Below are positions 55,956-63,821 of a stretch of 63,821 nucleotides of DNA, piece by piece (the stretch's first letter is position 1; every line of letters begins with the position of its first letter). A program made the position numbers and the translations under genes. The stretch covers positions 1 to 63,821 of the forward strand of contig JAMPXY010000001.1 of the NCBI GenBank assembly GCA_023700945.1. The letters run 5' to 3'. The notes under the pieces were generated by a model, which saw only the letters and a list, made by a program, of their open reading frames with translations, was not told the DNA's origin and ran no database searches. The DNA comes from Alphaproteobacteria bacterium (GTDB lineage: Bacteria > Pseudomonadota > Alphaproteobacteria > Micavibrionales > Micavibrionaceae).

Positions 55956-56225
55956 CTAGAGGCGCTGCAGGGATAGAAGTGTGCTGGCCGATCCCGGTTC
56001 GGCAGGGGCGATGGCGCAGCGAACGCGGTCCCCGGGTTTTAGCAGATTGGCTTCAGGGGTATCATCGGCAATCGCCACCCAGCCAATCAAACCGTTGCTA
56101 TAGGCAACCGCCTTGTCGAAAGAAACCCCGAGCCGCGGTATGTCCTTGGGTACATAACCCAGAGCGTCTTCAGTTTCCCGATAGAAAGTGTCCGTAACAA
56201 CCCCTGCAATATTCTCAATCTCCAT
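55956..56225 (-). CDS. hypothetical small protein (89 aa)
   Basis: 'AAGGGGA' RBS and a protein-like composition. The overlapping plus-strand ORF is Arg/Pro-rich noise. Confidence 0.45.
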   Translation of the reverse strand: MEIENIAGVVTDTFYRETEDALGYVPKDIPRLGVSFDKAVAYSNGLIGWVAIADDTPEANLLKPGDRVRCAIAPAEPGSASTLLSLQRL

Positions 56226-56371
56226 CCGGATTCCCCTTATTTATAAAATATGCGCCTTTATCTATAGGTGAGAGATATAGCGGATTGATGGGGGGAATTA
56301 AAGGCCCGCCTTCACAAGGGGTATGCTATTTTAAAGTCGTGAAATGTCGGGCCTGATTCGTCGAGGATAAA

Positions 56372-57532
56372 ATGAAATCAAATCTGGGGCTGCTTATAAA
56401 ATCATTGATGCTGGCAGGGTTTCTGCTGTGCCCTGTTCCTGTGTTTGCGGAAGATTCGGCAAATCAAAAAAACGTGGTGACGGAGCACTCAAGCGGCCTG
56501 TGGCCCGATGAAATCACACTCGACGGGCAAGTGTTCAAGAAAGATCAGCTGAATCAGGCTTTTCTGGATGCGGTGTTTATTGCTGACGTTCTTAATAAAC
56601 GCGGGGAACAGCTTGTTCTTGGAATTCCTGTAGAGATGCCAAGAGACTGGATTTTGCACCCGGAAACTTTAAAAGTCGGCTACCCTTGGCTTTATCCTCA
56701 TGTCTATCCGCAGGACGGGCTGCCTCGCACATTATCGGCCAATAAGTGGGTCAAGCCTGTTCGTATTTCATTTGGAATGCCGAATGGCTTGAAACCTTAT
56801 GTTCCAAATAAGATGCTGGGAACGGATACCCTTTTTTACTCGAATGTGAACGTTGAGGAAATTGAGAGGTTTTTTGATACCCCTGTGGCTCATGATATTG
56901 TCAATGATATATCTGAAATTTCTTCCGTATTAAATGATTTAACCGGATTGAATGTAAGTTTTAAGAATTCTGACGCTGAGAGTGCTGACGTTAAGGGCTT
57001 TGGGATTCAAATCAATTTTATAACAATGGATAAAAATCTAGAAAAGTATCGATTCAAAGCGAGGGATTTAAGGGGATTTGTTAGTGCTTATGTGGGGCGC
57101 TTCATGGTGTTTCGTGGGGATACTGAGGACTATATAAAGACAGGGTTTCCGTTCACTCCTGTTTCTGCAAAGCAAGTTGATGGCTACATTCTTTCAAACT
57201 CCAAGAACGAAATTCAGGCCGCGGTTTGTTACATCTGGATTGGCCACGAACCGGAGATGATCAAAGCGCTTGTGCGCGAATGTCTGATCCGTTCCTTGGG
57301 TCTTCCCGGTGCTATGCGCATGAACTTTGCCCAAAGGCCGGTACCGGTCAGTTATCTCACGCTCTGGAATGATCCTGAAAAATGGAGCGAGTCTTATCGA
57401 TCTCAGGTGAAAACACCTTCCGAATTAAGTGAGTTCGATCAGTACATGATCCGTACGCTTTATAATCCGGCGATCAAGCCCGGCATGGATTATGTGGCAG
57501 CACAGAGAATTCTTCTGGGTACTGAATATTGA
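56372..57532 (+). CDS. secreted protein, possibly DUF2927-like
   Basis: 386 aa with the signal peptide 'LAGFLLCPVPVFAEDS'. The C-terminal 'VRECLIRSLGLPG' and 'D.YMIRTLYNPAIKPGM' resemble the DUF2927 ending as I remember it. The central part of the gene has lower GC. Confidence 0.45.
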   Translation: MKSNLGLLIKSLMLAGFLLCPVPVFAEDSANQKNVVTEHSSGLWPDEITLDGQVFKKDQLNQAFLDAVFIADVLNKRGEQLVLGIPVEMPRDWILHPETLKVGYPWLYPHVYPQDGLPRTLSANKWVKPVRISFGMPNGLKPYVPNKMLGTDTLFYSNVNVEEIERFFDTPVAHDIVNDISEISSVLNDLTGLNVSFKNSDAESADVKGFGIQINFITMDKNLEKYRFKARDLRGFVSAYVGRFMVFRGDTEDYIKTGFPFTPVSAKQVDGYILSNSKNEIQAAVCYIWIGHEPEMIKALVRECLIRSLGLPGAMRMNFAQRPVPVSYLTLWNDPEKWSESYRSQVKTPSELSEFDQYMIRTLYNPAIKPGMDYVAAQRILLGTEY

Positions 57533-57572
57533 TCTCGTGAAACGGGCGGGTCCGGCCCCCGAGATTTGCGCG

Positions 57573-57600
57573 TTGAGTTTTCCGCGGGTTCTCATATATA
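57573..57600 (+). promoter_or_regulatory. candidate sigma70 promoter of ettA
   Basis: TTGAGT (57573-57578), 16 nt, then TATATA (57595-57600). It leaves a ~90 nt leader containing the hairpin GTCCCGTCC/GGACGGG. Confidence 0.4.
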
Positions 57601-57697
57601 ACTAGGCACGCCTGTAAGCCGCGCGGTTGTCCCGTCCCTTGGTGGACGGGTGGAGTTGCGCCGGGTGATGCAAAAATAATGAAACGGAATCAATAAG

Positions 57698-59377
57698 ATG
57701 GCCTCTTACGAATACGTCTATGTGATGAATAATCTGACCAAAACCTATCCCGGCGGGAAGAAGGTTCTGGAGGACATTACTTTAAGCTTTTTCCCCGGTG
57801 CCAAAATCGGGGTGCTGGGCCCGAACGGTTCGGGTAAATCAACCCTGCTCAAGATTATGGCGGGGCTGGATAATGAATATACCGGTGAGGCCTGGGCGGC
57901 CAAGACCGCTCGTGTGGGTTATCTGGCGCAGGAGCCTTACCTCGACCCGCAAAAGACCGTGCAGGAAAACGTGATGGAAGGTCTGGCCCCGGTCAAGGCG
58001 ATGGTCGATCGCTTCAATGCCATCGGCATGGAAATGGCCGAGCCCGACGCCGACTACGACAAGCTGATGACAGAAATGGGTGATCTGCAGGAAAAAATCG
58101 ATGCGGTGAATGGCTGGGAGCTGGAGCGCACGGTGGAGATCGCGATGGATGCCCTGCGCTGCCCGCCGCCCGAGGCCAATGTTACGACTTTATCAGGGGG
58201 TGAGCGCCGCCGGGTGGCCTTGTGCCGCCTGCTGCTTGAGAAACCCGATATGCTGCTGCTTGATGAACCGACCAACCACCTTGATGCCGAAAGCGTGTCG
58301 TGGTTGCAGCGATTCCTGGGTGATTATACCGGGACGGTGGTGATGGTCACCCATGATCGCTACTTCCTGGATAATGTCACAGGCTGGATTCTCGAGCTCG
58401 ATCGCGGTCGTGGTATTCCTTATGAAGGTAATTACTCGGCTTATCTTGAATCCAAACGTAAACGTCTGGCGCAGGAATCCAAGGAAGAGGATGAGTTGCA
58501 AAAGACACTGGCAAAAGAGCTGGAGTGGATCAGGGGTACGCCCGAAGGTCGGCGCAAAAAATCGAAAGCCCGCGTGGCGGCTTATGACGAGTTGCTGGCG
58601 CAATCAGAAAGACAGGATACGCGTGGCACCCAGATCGTGATCCCGACGCCGCCGCGCCTCGGTGAAGTCGTGATCGATGCCAACCATATCCGCAAGGCGT
58701 TTGGTGACCGTCTGCTGATTGAAGATTTGTCCTTCAAATTGCCGCCGGGCGGTATTGTCGGCGTCATCGGCCCGAACGGGGCCGGTAAAACCACCTTGTT
58801 TCGCATGATCACCGGGCAGGAAACGCCCGATGCCGGAACCTTCAAGGTCTCCGATAATGTGAAGCTCGGCTATGTCGATCAAAGCCGCGATTCACTCGAC
58901 CCGAACAAGAACGTCTGGGAAGAGGTTTCGGATGGTTTGGATATTCTGGATCTGGGCCGGATCAAGATGCCTTCGCGCGCTTATGTGGGTTCGTTCAATT
59001 TCCGTGGCCCCGACCAGCAGAAAAAAGTCGGCCAGCTTTCGGGCGGGGAACGTAACCGCGTTCATCTCGCCAAAATGCTGAAAAGCGGCAGCAATGTCCT
59101 GCTGCTCGACGAACCGACCAACGATCTGGATACCGAAACCCTCTCGGCGCTTGAGGAAGCGTTGGAGAGTTTCCCCGGCTGCGCGGTTATCATCTCGCAC
59201 GACCGTGCCTTCCTTGACCGTCTGGCTACCCACATCCTCGCGTTTGAAGGGGATTCGCAGGTGGTGTGGTTCGAGGGCAATTATGAGGATTACGAGAGGG
59301 ATCGTCAGCGACGTCTTGGCAAGGATGCCGATCAGCCGCACCGGATCAAGTACAAACCGTTAACCCGGGCGGCATGA
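57698..59377 (+). CDS. ettA: energy-dependent translational throttle ABC-F protein
   Basis: 559 aa with two ABC cassettes ('GPNGSGKST', 'GPNGAGKTT', two 'LSGGER' signatures). The EttA-type N-terminus is '[14 protein letters not shown]'. Confidence 0.95.
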   Translation: MASYEYVYVMNNLTKTYPGGKKVLEDITLSFFPGAKIGVLGPNGSGKSTLLKIMAGLDNEYTGEAWAAKTARVGYLAQEPYLDPQKTVQENVMEGLAPVKAMVDRFNAIGMEMAEPDADYDKLMTEMGDLQEKIDAVNGWELERTVEIAMDALRCPPPEANVTTLSGGERRRVALCRLLLEKPDMLLLDEPTNHLDAESVSWLQRFLGDYTGTVVMVTHDRYFLDNVTGWILELDRGRGIPYEGNYSAYLESKRKRLAQESKEEDELQKTLAKELEWIRGTPEGRRKKSKARVAAYDELLAQSERQDTRGTQIVIPTPPRLGEVVIDANHIRKAFGDRLLIEDLSFKLPPGGIVGVIGPNGAGKTTLFRMITGQETPDAGTFKVSDNVKLGYVDQSRDSLDPNKNVWEEVSDGLDILDLGRIKMPSRAYVGSFNFRGPDQQKKVGQLSGGERNRVHLAKMLKSGSNVLLLDEPTNDLDTETLSALEEALESFPGCAVIISHDRAFLDRLATHILAFEGDSQVVWFEGNYEDYERDRQRRLGKDADQPHRIKYKPLTRAA

Positions 59378-59454
59378 TCAGGCCTTGGGCAGGGCCGGGA
59401 AATCACACCCTTCCTTTAGAGCTTTATTATTGAAAATCATGGATAATTTTGCAG

Positions 59455-59484
59455 GGCCGGTTCTGGCAAACGAACCGGTTTTCT
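59455..59484 (+). terminator. rho-independent terminator of ettA
   Basis: CCGGTTC (59457-59463) pairs with GAACCGG (59472-59478), followed by TTTTCT. Confidence 0.7.
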
Positions 59485-59580
59485 GCTATTATGTTTAGTA
59501 AGGATAATTAAATAAAATTTTATGTATCTGGCGGTATGATACTATAAGCGCAGTAGTATATGGGGGAATTTTCATAAAAA

Positions 59581-62535
59581 TTGCAGTTACTTCAGCAACT
59601 TAACTCAAAAAAGGTTCTGACCTACACGATGCTGCCCGGGGTGATTCCGCGGGTGAAGGCGTTTGCTGCCGATGGCTTTACTTGGCTGGCGGCGCTGATG
59701 GCGGCCATATACGCGGGCGTTGGATTATTACCCTATAACCACCCTTATCTGAATGCCGAGAACAAGGGCCGCTTCGGCATGCGCCATGTTATTCTCGAGG
59801 CCGGGCGTCGTTTGAAATTTGATCGCAACCATATCGATCAGGTCATCATTTATTTCACGTTATTGCTGGGGTTTGTGCTGTTGCTGGCACAAATTGCGTT
59901 GCTGGCTGTGGGGCTGGTGTTGAATCCGGTCTTTGCCGGACCGCCGTTTCTGGGGTTATTTGCAACCCCGCTCCCGGATGAAGATATCGCCTATATGCTG
60001 CTTGACCGCGTTTTTGCGGTGCCGGGACTCTACGGCTCGCAGTGGGACCCCGCGCTGATCGGCATGACACCGTTCAGTGACGGCCTTCATTCTCTGTTCC
60101 AGTTCTACAGTCAGGCGATGTTGATTGTTGCGATCTTTATCGTCCTTTATTATGTGGTCATTCTGGTTGCCGAGACTGCGCAAACCGGGACGCCTTTTGG
60201 CAAGCGGTTTGATACGATCTGGGCACCGATCCGTCTGGTTGTCGCGATTGGTTTACTGGTACCGATTAACTGGGGTTACAACAGTGCGCAATATCTGGTT
60301 TTGTTTGCCGCTAAATATGGATCGAGCTTTGCTACCAATGCCTGGAACATTTATAACGATACCGTGGCCGCGAGCGCCATGGGGTGTGCCCTTGGAGCGA
60401 ATGATAATGCTGTCGGCTGGTGCGATAGCTCGCTGATTTCGATCCCGCGTCTGCCTGATCCCCAGCACCTGATTCAGTTTATGTCGTTGGCCCGTTCCTG
60501 CAAACTGGCCTATGAGACTACCTACCGTGCCGCTTCCGGCCCTGCTTTTGAAATCAAGCCGTATCTGGTCAAGAAGACCGCGACTGGCCAGGTCGCGACC
60601 GAAATTACCTATGCTGGCTGGGTTGCTGGTCTGGCAACAGCGCTGGATGACTGGATTGATGCTGTCGATTTTTATAACTATGCCGATATTTTGATCGTCT
60701 TTGGTCAGGAAAATGCCGCACACACCCAGTTTACCGGCAATGTGAAGCCTTTTTGTGGTGAAATTGTTCTCGCGACCTCAAGCGTCAAGACAGATTTGCT
60801 CGCGGCAGCGCAGGATATGGCGGTTGTAACGCAATCTTTGTATCTGCTCTCGGTCAAACATATGTGGTTTGGCGATAATGATTTTGAGGAATTTGCCCGC
60901 AAGGCAAATTCCAAGTTCATAGATAAATATATCAGGGAATATGGCGGGCCATGTGTGGCCTATAATCAGGTTTCGTTTGGCGATGTGGGCGCCTGTGAGG
61001 CCACAGCGGCGACCGCTGATAATCCAGCCACAACGGCGGGTTTAAGTACCGAACTGCCCGGCTCTGAATGGGGCCATATGCAGATTAACCACTATACCGG
61101 CTTGCTGGATCTGGCGATTACAGCGGTGCGTGCCGGGGCGATTGTGGCCACTGACTTTACCGTCACTACCGACATGGAAAAACGCGGTTGGGCGGGAGCA
61201 GGGATCTGGTACAACAAGATTGCCGAATGGAATGGCGCATTCTTCTCGGCGGTGATCAATATTCCCACACCCAAATCCATGCCGCTCGTCATGAAAGAGG
61301 TCGAAGCGCAGAAGAGCGGTACCGACCAGAATATCAATGCCGTTGATCGTTATGATCCTAACCTTGCCAGTAAGGATCGTGAGAATATGGTGAATTTGAC
61401 ACCTGACGATAAGCCGATTGCCGAGATGCTCAGCCATATCTTCAAGTACTGGCGCGGTAAAAACAACACTGAAACAGTCGAAATGAAGTCAAGCGGCAAT
61501 GCTATTTTTGACGTTCTGTCGGCTATTTTTGGCCTGAATGGTCTTTTCACCATTCGCGAAACCAGTGAAATTCACCCGATGGCACAGCTTTCAGGGATCG
61601 GGCGCAGTATTGTTGAATCGGCAATCCGTAACTTGATGGTGGCCATGGGATTTTCGTTCTTAGGCGGTATGACGGAAATCATTGATCGCCAACTGGGCGG
61701 AGCCATGACAGCCATTAGCAGTATGTTTGTGACATTTACGACGATGGGGCTGACGGTCGGCTTTATTCTTTATTATGTGTTGCCGTTCTTGCCCTTCATG
61801 TATTTCTTTTTTGCGGTAGGGTCGTGGCTCAAGTCAATTTTTGAAGCGATGGTCGGTGTGCCGCTGTGGGCTCTGGCACACTTGCGTATTGATGGACATG
61901 GCTTGCATGGCGATACCGCCTTAAATGGTTATTTCCTGATTTTTGAGATTTTTATCAGACCGATTCTGACAGTATTCGGCTTGCTGGCCAGTATGGCGAT
62001 TTTTGCGGCCATGGTACGGACGCTGAATGGCATCTTCCCGATGGTTACAGCCAACCTCACGGGCTTTGATCCAAACAGTCCGAAAGTGGCCGGGAAGATT
62101 TTGGGGATTGAATTCAAGCGCAGTATTATTGATGAGTTTTTCTTCACCCTGATTTACACCATCATCGTTTACATGATTGCGCTGTCTTCTTTCAAAATGA
62201 TTGATATGGTGCCGAATCACATCATGCGCTGGATGGGCTCTGGGGCGCAGAGCTTTAGTGAAAGTGCTGAGGGCAGTATGAACCAGTTCATCAGTTATGC
62301 TGCTATTGGTGGATCTCAGCTGACAAAACAGGCCACAGGCGCCATGGTCAGTGGTGCGCGGCTGGGTGGTAATGTTATGGGGATGCCGTTTGGGTTATTG
62401 AGTCGAGCTGGCGGCGGTGGAGCGGCCGGGGGCAGTGCTCGCGGTGCTCCTTCGCGTGGCGGTGGCAATGAAGGCGGGGGCGGTGGTGGCGGCCAGGGAC
62501 GTTCTGGAGATGCGGGTGGTACGCCCACAGAGTGA
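59581..62535 (+). CDS. large polytopic membrane protein, tentatively DotA/TraY-like (paralog 1)
   Basis: 984 aa. It has an N-terminal TM cluster, a ~400 aa non-hydrophobic central domain, a C-terminal TM cluster and a Gly-rich tail. The block 'AETAQTGTPFGKRFDTIWAPIRLVVAIGLLVP...GY...Q' resembles the conserved DotA/TraY block as I recall it. The CDS is near-certain; the family call is tentative. The TTG start is from the track. Confidence 0.5.
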   Translation: MQLLQQLNSKKVLTYTMLPGVIPRVKAFAADGFTWLAALMAAIYAGVGLLPYNHPYLNAENKGRFGMRHVILEAGRRLKFDRNHIDQVIIYFTLLLGFVLLLAQIALLAVGLVLNPVFAGPPFLGLFATPLPDEDIAYMLLDRVFAVPGLYGSQWDPALIGMTPFSDGLHSLFQFYSQAMLIVAIFIVLYYVVILVAETAQTGTPFGKRFDTIWAPIRLVVAIGLLVPINWGYNSAQYLVLFAAKYGSSFATNAWNIYNDTVAASAMGCALGANDNAVGWCDSSLISIPRLPDPQHLIQFMSLARSCKLAYETTYRAASGPAFEIKPYLVKKTATGQVATEITYAGWVAGLATALDDWIDAVDFYNYADILIVFGQENAAHTQFTGNVKPFCGEIVLATSSVKTDLLAAAQDMAVVTQSLYLLSVKHMWFGDNDFEEFARKANSKFIDKYIREYGGPCVAYNQVSFGDVGACEATAATADNPATTAGLSTELPGSEWGHMQINHYTGLLDLAITAVRAGAIVATDFTVTTDMEKRGWAGAGIWYNKIAEWNGAFFSAVINIPTPKSMPLVMKEVEAQKSGTDQNINAVDRYDPNLASKDRENMVNLTPDDKPIAEMLSHIFKYWRGKNNTETVEMKSSGNAIFDVLSAIFGLNGLFTIRETSEIHPMAQLSGIGRSIVESAIRNLMVAMGFSFLGGMTEIIDRQLGGAMTAISSMFVTFTTMGLTVGFILYYVLPFLPFMYFFFAVGSWLKSIFEAMVGVPLWALAHLRIDGHGLHGDTALNGYFLIFEIFIRPILTVFGLLASMAIFAAMVRTLNGIFPMVTANLTGFDPNSPKVAGKILGIEFKRSIIDEFFFTLIYTIIVYMIALSSFKMIDMVPNHIMRWMGSGAQSFSESAEGSMNQFISYAAIGGSQLTKQATGAMVSGARLGGNVMGMPFGLLSRAGGGGAAGGSARGAPSRGGGNEGGGGGGGQGRSGDAGGTPTE

Positions 62536-62567
62536 TCTTTTACCCGACAGAGTAATTTGAGATAGGT

Positions 62568-63821
62568 ATGGCAAGAATAACCGCAGGGAACATTCTGAAA
62601 GTCGCGATTCTGCCGGGGATTGTACCCCGGACCAGAGAGTTGATGGCTGGGGGGTTCGGTTATATTGCTTTTTATATCGCGCAAATTTTTTGGGCAGTAA
62701 AACTACTCCCCACAGGTCACCCTTATCTCAGTGTGGCTAATTTTGGCCGCTTTGGTATCAGTCATGTGACTTCCGAAGCATGGCGGTCAGTTGTCAAAGG
62801 ACAGCGGCATATAGATCAAATCATTATTTTCTGTGTGATTTTGGTTGGGATTGCCATTCTTTTCATACAGTTCTGTTTTCTGGGTGCGGCCCTTTTCACA
62901 CAGGCGGCGCACGCTTTGCCGCCGCTTCCGGCGGGGGGGTTTCTGGGGACGGCCAACCCTGATAATGATGTAGCTTTTGTCTTGCTGGATTATGTTTTTG
63001 GCATTCCTTCTGATGGGGTTAACCATTTTTTTGGTTCTTGCGTGGCTCAGGAAATCCAGTGTTTTACAGACAGTCCCTGGCCCATCCCTGGCCCATCTTT
63101 TCCCTTTGCTTACCATGACGGTTTGCATGCCATGTTGCAGGTTTACAGCATCGGTCTGCTGGTGATTGCCATGGTGATTTTTTCCTATTTTGCTGTAGCC
63201 ATTTTACTGGAAACAGCAGAATCAGGCACACCTTTTGGTCGCCGCTTTAATGCCTTGTGGGCGCCTGTCCGCATGGTGATGGCCATAGCCCTGCTGATGC
63301 CAATTGCCAACGGCCTGAATGCGGCCCAGTATGTAGTTTTGTATGCGGCAAAATGGGGCTCTGGTTTTGCCACGAATGGTTGGAATTTGTTTGTAGCTGA
63401 TGCTACGGCCCCGGCGAACTTTTCGATATTGGGTGATCCTAAAGATCTGGTTGCAGCGCCGAGCACGCCACCCGTGAATACTTTTGTCCAGTTTGCCACA
63501 GTGTTGGCCGCTTGCAAGATCGCTGAAGCCTCGGGGACAAATCCGCGTGACGTCAACGCCTATGTTGTGTTCCCCCAGACTATGGGCCCGGCAGGCCGGG
63601 CAGATCTGGTTGGACTTAGTTACGCTGATGCACTTGATCGCAGCAATAATGGCGACATTTATTATGTTTTTGGTGTTTATGAAACAGATTCATCAGGTCA
63701 ACCGCTGCACGCAAACTATCCGGGGCAAGTGAAGCCGGTGTGTGGTGAAGTGGCGTTGCAGGTCACTGATGTTGATGATGCCTTTTCTCCCGGCTCTTAC
63801 TACATGCTAGAGCAATACCAC
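62568..63821 (+). CDS. large polytopic membrane protein, paralog 2 (5' part; runs off the window)
   Basis: This ORF is not in the ORF track because no stop falls within the window. I translated it by hand from the ATG at 62568: 418 codons stay open to the window end. It aligns with paralog 1 at 'LPGIVPRTRELMAGGF', 'LLPTGHPYLSVANFGRFGISHV', 'LETAESGTPFGRRFNALWAPVRMVMAIALLMP' and 'GQVKPVCGEVAL'. Confidence 0.5.
   Translation, partial: MARITAGNILKVAILPGIVPRTRELMAGGFGYIAFYIAQIFWAVKLLPTGHPYLSVANFGRFGISHVTSEAWRSVVKGQRHIDQIIIFCVILVGIAILFIQFCFLGAALFTQAAHALPPLPAGGFLGTANPDNDVAFVLLDYVFGIPSDGVNHFFGSCVAQEIQCFTDSPWPIPGPSFPFAYHDGLHAMLQVYSIGLLVIAMVIFSYFAVAILLETAESGTPFGRRFNALWAPVRMVMAIALLMPIANGLNAAQYVVLYAAKWGSGFATNGWNLFVADATAPANFSILGDPKDLVAAPSTPPVNTFVQFATVLAACKIAEASGTNPRDVNAYVVFPQTMGPAGRADLVGLSYADALDRSNNGDIYYVFGVYETDSSGQPLHANYPGQVKPVCGEVALQVTDVDDAFSPGSYYMLEQYH
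63075..63096 (+). repeat. perfect 11 bp tandem duplication (CCCTGGCCCAT x2) inside paralog 2
   Basis: Read directly from the sequence. It lies in a loop that is about 18 aa longer than in paralog 1. The reading frame is conserved on both sides. Confidence 0.9.

Noticed and set aside
63075-63096. The 11 bp tandem duplication in DotA-like paralog 2, considered as a slipped-strand switch.
   Set aside because: There are only two copies, the frame is conserved on both sides, and the site lies in a variable loop. It is recorded as a repeat feature but not as regulation.
1-63821. A scan for CRISPR arrays, IS elements or transposases, integrases, rRNA and further tRNAs.
   Set aside because: Reading both strands showed no repeat-spacer periodicity, no transposase- or integrase-like ORF and no rRNA-like sequence. 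The only tRNA-like T-arm or acceptor pattern is the Leu tRNA at 42962-43048.

Overview
This 63.8 kb window looks like an alphaproteobacterial chromosome at roughly 50-53% GC, judged by eye rather than computed. Most of it is conserved housekeeping blocks:
- ahcY
- chvI-chvG-rapZ
- pyrF-trpF / trpB / trpA-accD-folC
- ihfB, then rpsA-cmk-(orphan)-aroA
- cysS
- hsp20-DUF1150
- rnd-kdsD-dedA-lptC-lptA-lptB-(small ORF)-rpoN-hpf-ptsN
- one tRNA-Leu(CAG)
- recR-lolA
- aminotransferase-putA
- xseA
- ettA

No rRNA, CRISPR array, transposase, integrase or prophage was seen.

About 15 lineage-specific ORFs with no family I can name sit between the conserved blocks. Several lie in AT-rich pockets or abut housekeeping genes tail-to-tail.

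The most unusual locus is at the right edge (59.4-63.8 kb). It holds two tandem paralogous genes for very large polytopic membrane proteins. One is 984 aa. The other is at least 418 aa, is cut by the window end, is absent from the ORF track, and was translated by hand. Their architecture and one conserved block recall DotA/TraY of type IVB secretion systems, but nothing else secretion-related is visible upstream. That family call is from memory and needs an HMM check.

Other points worth a second look:
- an orphan HipA-like kinase with no HipB, appended to trpA-accD-folC
- a trpFBA operon interrupted twice
- a tandemly duplicated promoter-ORF-terminator module
- a TerD-domain gene pair
- a receiver protein with a degenerate GGDEF domain that keeps an RxxD I-site
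- an HPF with a histone-H1-like Lys/Ala/Pro tail
- an AT-rich mini-ORF inserted between lptB and rpoN
- an orphan intrinsic terminator that suggests a small RNA
- single-residue degeneracies in the RapZ Walker A motif and the HxH motif of a dihydroorotase-like enzyme

All family assignments come from motif recognition by eye. No database search was run.
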